From NCBI GenBank assembly GCA_023515725.1, contig JALDTO010000218.1:1-28427 (forward strand): DNA of 28,427 bases. The letters are read 5' to 3'. Positions 20,949 to 28,427 of the stretch are shown here, in pieces. A program made the position numbers and the translations under genes. The DNA comes from Amoeboaphelidium protococcarum X5. Lineage: Eukaryota > Fungi > Aphelidiomycota. Below the pieces are notes generated by a model, which was given only the letters and a program-made list of their open reading frames with translations, was not told the DNA's origin and ran no database searches. The first letter of the stretch is position 1. Each line of letters opens with the position of its first letter.

Positions 20949-21429
20949 AGCCCAAACTAAAAATCCTAATAAACCAATTGATAACATAGCAAAAATCATA
21001 CCTAATTTACCAAAAATTGGTCTATTAGTTAAACTAGAAATTATATGTGATACTATACCAAAACCTGGTAAAATAATAATATAAACTTCAGGATGGCCAA
21101 AAAACCAAAAAAGATGTTGATAAAGTACTGGATCTCCTCCTGCTTGAATTTCATAAAAACTAGTATTCCAATTACGATCTGTTAATAACATTGTAATTCC
21201 ACCAGCTAAAACTGGAAGTGCTAAAATTAATAATATAGCAGTTATAACTAAAGACCACACATATAAATTTAATTGAGAATAACTTAACCCTGGTGCTCTT
21301 AAATTAATAACTGATACTATATAATTAATTGAACCTAACATTGAAGAAATACCTGCTAAATGTAAAGCAAAAATACCTAAATCTACTGAAAAACCTGAAT
21401 GATATAAGATAGAAGATAAAGGAGGATAT
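20949..21429 (-). CDS. cox1: cytochrome c oxidase subunit 1, exon 3
   Basis: [29 protein letters not shown]. Confidence 0.95.
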
Positions 21430-22592
21430 CATTTATGTTAATAACCCCAGAAAACTTTTATTAATTAATAATTTTTTATAATTACCTTTATGTTTTCCTC
21501 TCGTTATATGCCCTAATTCACACTAGGGATCGGACTATACCTTCATTCATCCTAATTTAATTTTAATGGATAGTTAATTTATGTTTATTTCTAATATTTC
21601 TTAATAAACTTTGAGTAATTAATAATTTTTTATAATTACCTTTATAGTTTAGATAAGAACGAGACCATATTTTTAATTCTAAAGATTTTACACCTTTAAA
21701 TTTATTACTAAAATATTTAATTAAAAATTCTATATTTCTAGAATTACTAGTTTCTAATTGATAAGTTCCATTTTTATTAGATTTTATTTTAGCATTAATC
21801 TTAAATATAGTTTTTAATTGTTCTAATAAGTGATAATCTAATGCAGTGCCTAACAGCACAGAATGTACTATACGATTTTCATCTGTCTTCGACTGTTTTT
21901 TTGTTAAATAAAAGGAACCTTCAGCTTCAATAAATCCTATAATCCAATTTTTAGTTGGAATTTGATTATGTGGAGATCTATAATCTAAAGGTAATTCTTT
22001 AAATTTTGTTTTATTATAATCTACCTCTGGTCTTATTTCAGAATTTAATAAAGCTTCTTTCCATAAATTATAAGAATAGTATTTACTAGTATGTAATGGA
22101 TAACTATCAAATATTGGTATAATAATTTCTTTTAATATTTTAGTATCTCTAATTCTATATTGTAAATCATTAGGTCCACTTTTAGTTATAGATCCATAAC
22201 CAATTTGTTTTTTAATAAAATATAATATTCGATAATTATAGATACTTTGTGTTAATTTAAAAGTAAATTGTGAATGTTGTGCATCCCTTCCTTTAGTCAT
22301 ACTAAAAGTTCCATCACCATCTGTAAATCCTACTAACCATTCATTAAAATTAAATGATGAATGCTCAACATTTAGTCTCTGATGCAATCTGTCTCCGACT
22401 GTATTTGTATTTGATTGCAAGCGAATTGTCTTTTTAACTTTTAATATCATTATTACACTTGTATACAGAATACTGACCGTTGTAGATATTAAAATAATCA
22501 TAATTAATTTTATAAACAAAGTTAATCTTTGTTCTAAAAATGATGATTTCAAGATGTTCTCGCATTGAGTTGAGTTTAAAGACAACATTTCC
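21430..22592 (-). mobile_element. cox1 intron 2, group I (IB-like), phase 2 (AT|A)
   Basis: P1 GGACAAU/GUUGUCU; R TCAGAGACTAAA; S AAGGTATAGTCC. Confidence 0.9.
21563..22592 (-). CDS. double-motif LAGLIDADG endonuclease/maturase, in frame with cox1 exon 2
   Basis: [12 protein letters not shown] and [12 protein letters not shown]. Confidence 0.9.
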
Positions 22593-22702
22593 ATTGTCCA
22601 TCCGGTCCCAATACCTTCACCTAAAGTCATTGCAGATACTGCTAATATTAATGATGAAAATAATAACCAAAATGATACATTATTTAAGCGCGGAAAGGCC
22701 AT
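22593..22702 (-). CDS. cox1: cytochrome c oxidase subunit 1, exon 2
   Basis: [17 protein letters not shown]. Confidence 0.94.
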
Positions 22703-24247
<1,545 letters not shown>

Positions 24248-24569
24248 TCAAATTAAACCCTGAAATCAATAGGAAGTTATATCTATTAATAACCCTATTA
24301 AATTTTATAATTGCCATAAGCTGTATTAAAAACAAAATAATATTAAAATATCCTTACCTAAATTTATTGGTATTAAAATAATTAAATATTGTTTTTATAT
24401 ATCTGTTGTCTGCTTACAGCTAAACTGTACCTATCGGTCTATTATATTATAGTATTTATATACTAAATATTAAATAATAAAAAAGGATATAAAGGATGTG
24501 AAGTAAATATGAAAATTTAATTATTTGTTAAATTTTTAACTTCCGATTCTATAATCTAAAACCAAAGGT

Positions 24570-24815
24570 TTAATTTATAAGATTTGTAGAAGAATATCTG
24601 TATTCATATATAAGACCTAAAGTTAAAATTAAAATAAATAATAAAGAATAACTATAAGTATAAATATTTAAATTTAAAACTATAGGATATAGATAAACAA
24701 TTTCAATATCAAAAATTAAAAATAATAATGCAATTAAATAAAATCTAATATCATATCTATAATGAATATTACCATATGGATCAAATCCACATTCATAAGA
24801 ATGAAAATCTTGCAT
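24570..24815 (-). CDS. nad3: NADH dehydrogenase subunit 3 (81 aa, lacks the first TM helix)
   Basis: [28 protein letters not shown]. Confidence 0.9.
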   Translation of the reverse strand: MQDFHSYECGFDPYGNIHYRYDIRFYLIALLFLIFDIEIVYLYPIVLNLNIYTYSYSLLFILILTLGLIYEYRYSSTNLIN

Positions 24816-24926
24816 TGATTAAATGTAAAAAAAATTTTTTTATCGTCCACAAAATTATAATTTATAATACTGTTTTATATTAAAAGATTTGGTTAAATTA
24901 ATACCCTGTTAAAAACAAATTAAAAA

Positions 24927-25565
24927 TTAGTGAGGTAATGAAACATCGCCATAATAAGAAATAATTAAAACTAAAAATACATAAGCTTGTAAAAATGCAA
25001 CCATTAATTCTAAAAATACAATAGGTAAAATTATAATTGATAATAAAGGCATTTCAATAAAAGCATAAATCATAATTTTCATTAAAATATGTCCTGCAAT
25101 CATATTAGCACTTAAACGAAGAGTTAAAGATAAAGATCTTATACTATAAGAAATAAATTCTAATATTGCAATAACTGGAGTTAATATTAAAGGTGCACCA
25201 GCTGGTAAAAATAAATAAAAAAGATTATGTCCATGTAATTTAATACCAAAAAGATTAATAGCTAAAAAGGTAGGTAATGCTATTGAAAATACAAATATTC
25301 CTTGTGCAGTTAATGTTAAAGAATAAGGTACCATACCAATTAAATTACTTATTAAAATTAAAAACCATAAAGTTAATAAAATATAGATATGATCTCCTAT
25401 ATTATTTTGATTACTATACCACCATTCAATATGTTTTGATAATATAAATTTATTTAAAAATTTTAATAATATTATAGTTAATAATACAAAAATAGCAAAT
25501 ATTGAAAAATTACTAATTTCTATAATAGGAATAATAGTAAATTGTTCTAAAGGTGAAAAAATCAT
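24927..25565 (-). CDS. atp6: ATP synthase subunit 6 (a)
   Basis: SPLEQF, NLIGMVPYS, RLSANMIAGH, LQAYVF. Confidence 0.96.
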   Translation of the reverse strand: MIFSPLEQFTIIPIIEISNFSIFAIFVLLTIILLKFLNKFILSKHIEWWYSNQNNIGDHIYILLTLWFLILISNLIGMVPYSLTLTAQGIFVFSIALPTFLAINLFGIKLHGHNLFYLFLPAGAPLILTPVIAILEFISYSIRSLSLTLRLSANMIAGHILMKIMIYAFIEMPLLSIIILPIVFLELMVAFLQAYVFLVLIISYYGDVSLPH

Positions 25566-25591
25566 TTTAAAATCAAAAATATTTATTTACC

Positions 25592-25738
25592 TATCCTATC
25601 ACTATCCGTTTTAGGTATCCTATCACTATCCGTTTTAGGTATCTTATCACTATCCGTTTTAGGTATCCTATCACTATCCGTTTTAGGTATCCTATCACTA
25701 TCCGTTTTAGGTATCCTATCACTATCCGTTTTAGGTAT
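25592..25738. repeat. minisatellite: 6 x 24-bp TATCCTATCACTATCCGTTTTAGG in the atp6 5' region
   Basis: six contiguous units, one with a single substitution; no spacers. Confidence 0.95.
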
Positions 25739-25866
25739 TGATGTTGTCTGCCTACAACTGAACTGTTTCTATCGATATTTACTCATTTATTTACCGATGT
25801 TTTCAACTAAATTTTCAGTTTATTATATAAAATAATATTTTTGTTTAAACTCTTGTTAATAAAAAA

Positions 25867-26085
25867 TTAAGATCTTAAATAATATCCTAACAATATTGAT
25901 AAACCTACTGCTGTTTCACAACCTGTTATTGTTAATACTATTATTACTAAAAATTCCATATTTAATGAAATTAATAAAAATCCTAATAATAAATAGATTA
26001 ACTCTAATATCATAGATATAACAAGAAAATTTTTTCTATGAAAAATCATACCTGATATTAATATTAATAAACTTAATGTAATCAT
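25867..26085 (-). CDS. nad4L: NADH dehydrogenase subunit 4L
   Basis: RKNFL..ILEL, GCETAVGLSIL. Confidence 0.9.
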   Translation of the reverse strand: MITLSLLILISGMIFHRKNFLVISMILELIYLLLGFLLISLNMEFLVIIVLTITGCETAVGLSILLGYYLRS

Positions 26086-26210
26086 TCTTAATATAATAAA
26101 TTTTATTTCTTCCTATCAATCCCTATCGGTCTTTACCGATCTCTTTGAACAGGGTATTTTTAATTATCTTTAGAAGTTATCAGTCTATAATATTTAAGTT
26201 AATAATATTA

Positions 26211-26609
26211 TTAAATAGATCTAATTGCAAAAATCATTGCCAAAAATAATAAAATACCAATTGGTATTATTAAAGAACTATAAATTTGATAAGAAATTGT
26301 TAATATATTAGATATTTCAGAATAATAAGGTATAGATATACCTAAAATTGAAATAGTTATAAATGGTAAAAGAAATAATAAATAACTTTCAGCTGAAGGT
26401 TCAATTATTGATAATACCATTAATATATATATAAATAATATAGCTATTGATCCTACATATATCATTAAGTATACTAAAGATAAATAATAATTACCTAATA
26501 ATAATATTAATAATACTATTTCTACCATAGCTAATAAAAAAGTTATATATGAAATATAAGTTCTACTTGATACTAAAAGAAATAATAAAAGTAGTAATAA
26601 TGTATTCAT
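26211..26609 (-). CDS. nad6: NADH dehydrogenase subunit 6 (short)
   Basis: YLMIYVGSIAILFIY, LFLAMIFAI. Confidence 0.88.
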   Translation of the reverse strand: MNTLLLLLLFLLVSSRTYISYITFLLAMVEIVLLILLLGNYYLSLVYLMIYVGSIAILFIYILMVLSIIEPSAESYLLFLLPFITISILGISIPYYSEISNILTISYQIYSSLIIPIGILLFLAMIFAIRSI

Positions 26610-26691
26610 TATTAATAAAATTTAATAAAACTGAATATTTCTTTTTTTTTTATACTTAATTGAATATTTAATTTAATATTATTTATAAAAA

Positions 26692-27400
26692 TTAATCTAT
26701 AATAGTAATTAATAAAAAGGATAATAATACTAATGGTAAAGCAATTATAAATTCTCTTAATTTTAAATCACTCCAATGATTATTAGATATTTTACTAAAT
26801 ATAATTCTAGTAAATAATAATAAAGAATAAATACCAGAAAAAAATACTGCAATTAAACTATGTGTAGTACCAATAAATTCATTAATAAAAGCACCTTGTA
26901 AAAGATGTAATTCTGCAAAAAATGATAAACTAGGAGGAATAGATGAATTTAAAATTAATCCTATAAATAAAAAAGTTGAAAATATTGGCATACTAGTAGC
27001 TAGTCCTTTATAATAATAAAGATAACGAGTTTTAGTTCTAACATATAATATTCCTATTAATAAAAATAATAATGATGATACTAATCCGTGAGAAAATAAT
27101 ATTAATATAAAACCTTTTATTGAAATTTTATTTATTGAAGTTAAACCTACTAATAATATACCCATATGTGCTATAGATGAATAAGCAATTAATTTTTTTA
27201 AATCAATATGTCTAATACATATTATAGATGCAAGTATTGCTGATACTAAACCTAATATCATTATTAAAGGTCTATAATAAAGATAACCAAAAGGAAAAAT
27301 TGGTATTAACCATCTAAGAAGACCAATTCCTCCTAATTTTAAAAGAATAGCGGCAAGATAAATTGAACCACTAGTAGGAGCTTCTCCATGAGTATCCATT
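26692..27400 (-). CDS. nad4: NADH dehydrogenase subunit 4, 3' exon only
   Basis: HGEAPTSGSIYLAAILLKLGG, DLKKLIAYSSIAHM, SHGLVSS; in-frame TAA three codons upstream of the ATG; putative omega-G at 27401. Confidence 0.9.
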
Positions 27401-28427
27401 CGGATTTAATCTGTTTTCAACTTAGTTTTTAATTAAATTCTTATCTTATTTATGGTATTATATAAGGTAATATTAATAGAATTAAAGTTTTTAAACCTTT
27501 TTCAGGAAATACAATTTGTATTTCAGGTTGATTTCTTTTATCTATATGTAAATTAGATTCAATACCATATTTATATCCAGAGATCTGTTTGGATTACTTC
27601 ATCAATACTAAAACTATTTGTATAAATTGTTAATCCTGAATCTCTATAACTACCATCCTCCAATAAGCTAATACTACTGGATTTAAACTATAATCGAAAA
27701 TTTCAATTGTACCGCGGAGGGAGGTAAAATTTTTATACCATATTTATACCCAATATTATGAAGATCATCAAAAACTTTTAATTGTCTTCCTATCGGTAGT
27801 TATAAAATATACACCTGTTGTTAATGTATTATTTATTTTACCCTGAAAATATAAATATTTTTAAGGAAAACTATTACAAATAAATTTTAATTTTTCAAAA
27901 TAATAAATCAAATAACTTGATTATGATAATGAATCTTTTAATTTTTAATAAACATATCTTATATGTTTTATTAAACAACTGTCACCTAATAAAGTACCAA
28001 AAATTATATTATAGATTTTATAACTTAAGATAAAAGATTATCCCCCCTCCGGTCATATCTTTAGACCATCTTTTATTATATGAAGTTCTCATATATGAAT
28101 AATCATAAGGTACAATAGCATTAGTTTGATTAGGTTTATATGTTAATGATCTATCTATATATAAAATATGCTTAAAATTAGTTCAAATAAAAATAAAATT
28201 ATAAATTAAGTTCAACTATAAGCAATAAACAGATTAATACCAGTACCTTTAGGCACGGATTGGACTATATCTTCCCAAAATATTGTTATAAATAACAATG
28301 ATTATTGCAGTACCAACAGGTATAAAAATCTATTATTTTAGGTTATTCGTGTAGTCTCTGAGGATCCTATTTGCTAGTGATTTATCACTAGTTTGGTTTC
28401 CTGCTGATTATCCATTGTTACATACTT
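27401..28427 (-). mobile_element. 3' part of a group I (IB-like) intron preceding the nad4 exon
   Basis: Q AATCAGCAGG, R TCAGAGACTACA (~28350-28361), S AAGATATAGTCC (~28262-28273). Confidence 0.75.
27435..28150 (-). pseudogene. degenerate LAGLIDADG endonuclease downstream of the intron S element
   Basis: IIFGTLLGDSCL, LNPVVLAYW, DGSYRDSGLTIYTNSF, ILPYIIP, broken by stops, frameshifts and GC-rich inserts. Confidence 0.78.

Noticed and set aside
25592-25738. Possible CRISPR array
   Set aside because: Contiguous tandem units with no spacers, in an organellar genome
26692-27399. nad1-nad4 fusion protein made by cis-splicing across the origin
   Set aside because: The nad1 exon ends in phase 0 while the nad4 exon has one extra nucleotide before its ATG, and the guide sequence predicts a nad1 3' exon

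Overview
AT-rich mitochondrial DNA of an early-diverging (chytrid-like) fungus; the taxon is inferred, not established. It uses the standard genetic code (Trp=TGG, tRNA-Trp CCA) and every gene is on the minus strand: nad4 (3' exon only), nad6, nad4L, atp6, nad3 (N-terminally short), cox1 (4 exons), nad2, rns, atp9, cox2 (2 exons), cox3, nad5 (2 exons), rnl, 4 tRNAs (Tyr, Asn, Gln, Trp), cob (3 exons), two chimeric ORFs and nad1 (5' exon only). There are seven complete group I introns with LAGLIDADG ORFs, two partial group I introns at the window ends, LAGLIDADG and GIY-YIG remnants, and several families of small palindromic or tandem repeats. Main observations: (1) the LSU rRNA gene is permuted, its 3' half (from about E. 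coli 1185 to the 3' end) lying upstream of its 5' half; (2) three tRNAs have mismatches in acceptor pairs 1-3, and tRNA-Tyr overlaps tRNA-Asn by 2 nt, which predicts 5' editing; (3) the 68-bp terminal repeat joins a nad1 intron to a different (nad4) intron because helix P3 cannot form, so the apparent circle is a false closure or a subgenomic recombinant; (4) the nad1 start region occurs three times, giving a nad1-derived chimeric membrane ORF and a nad1/cob fusion micro-ORF.
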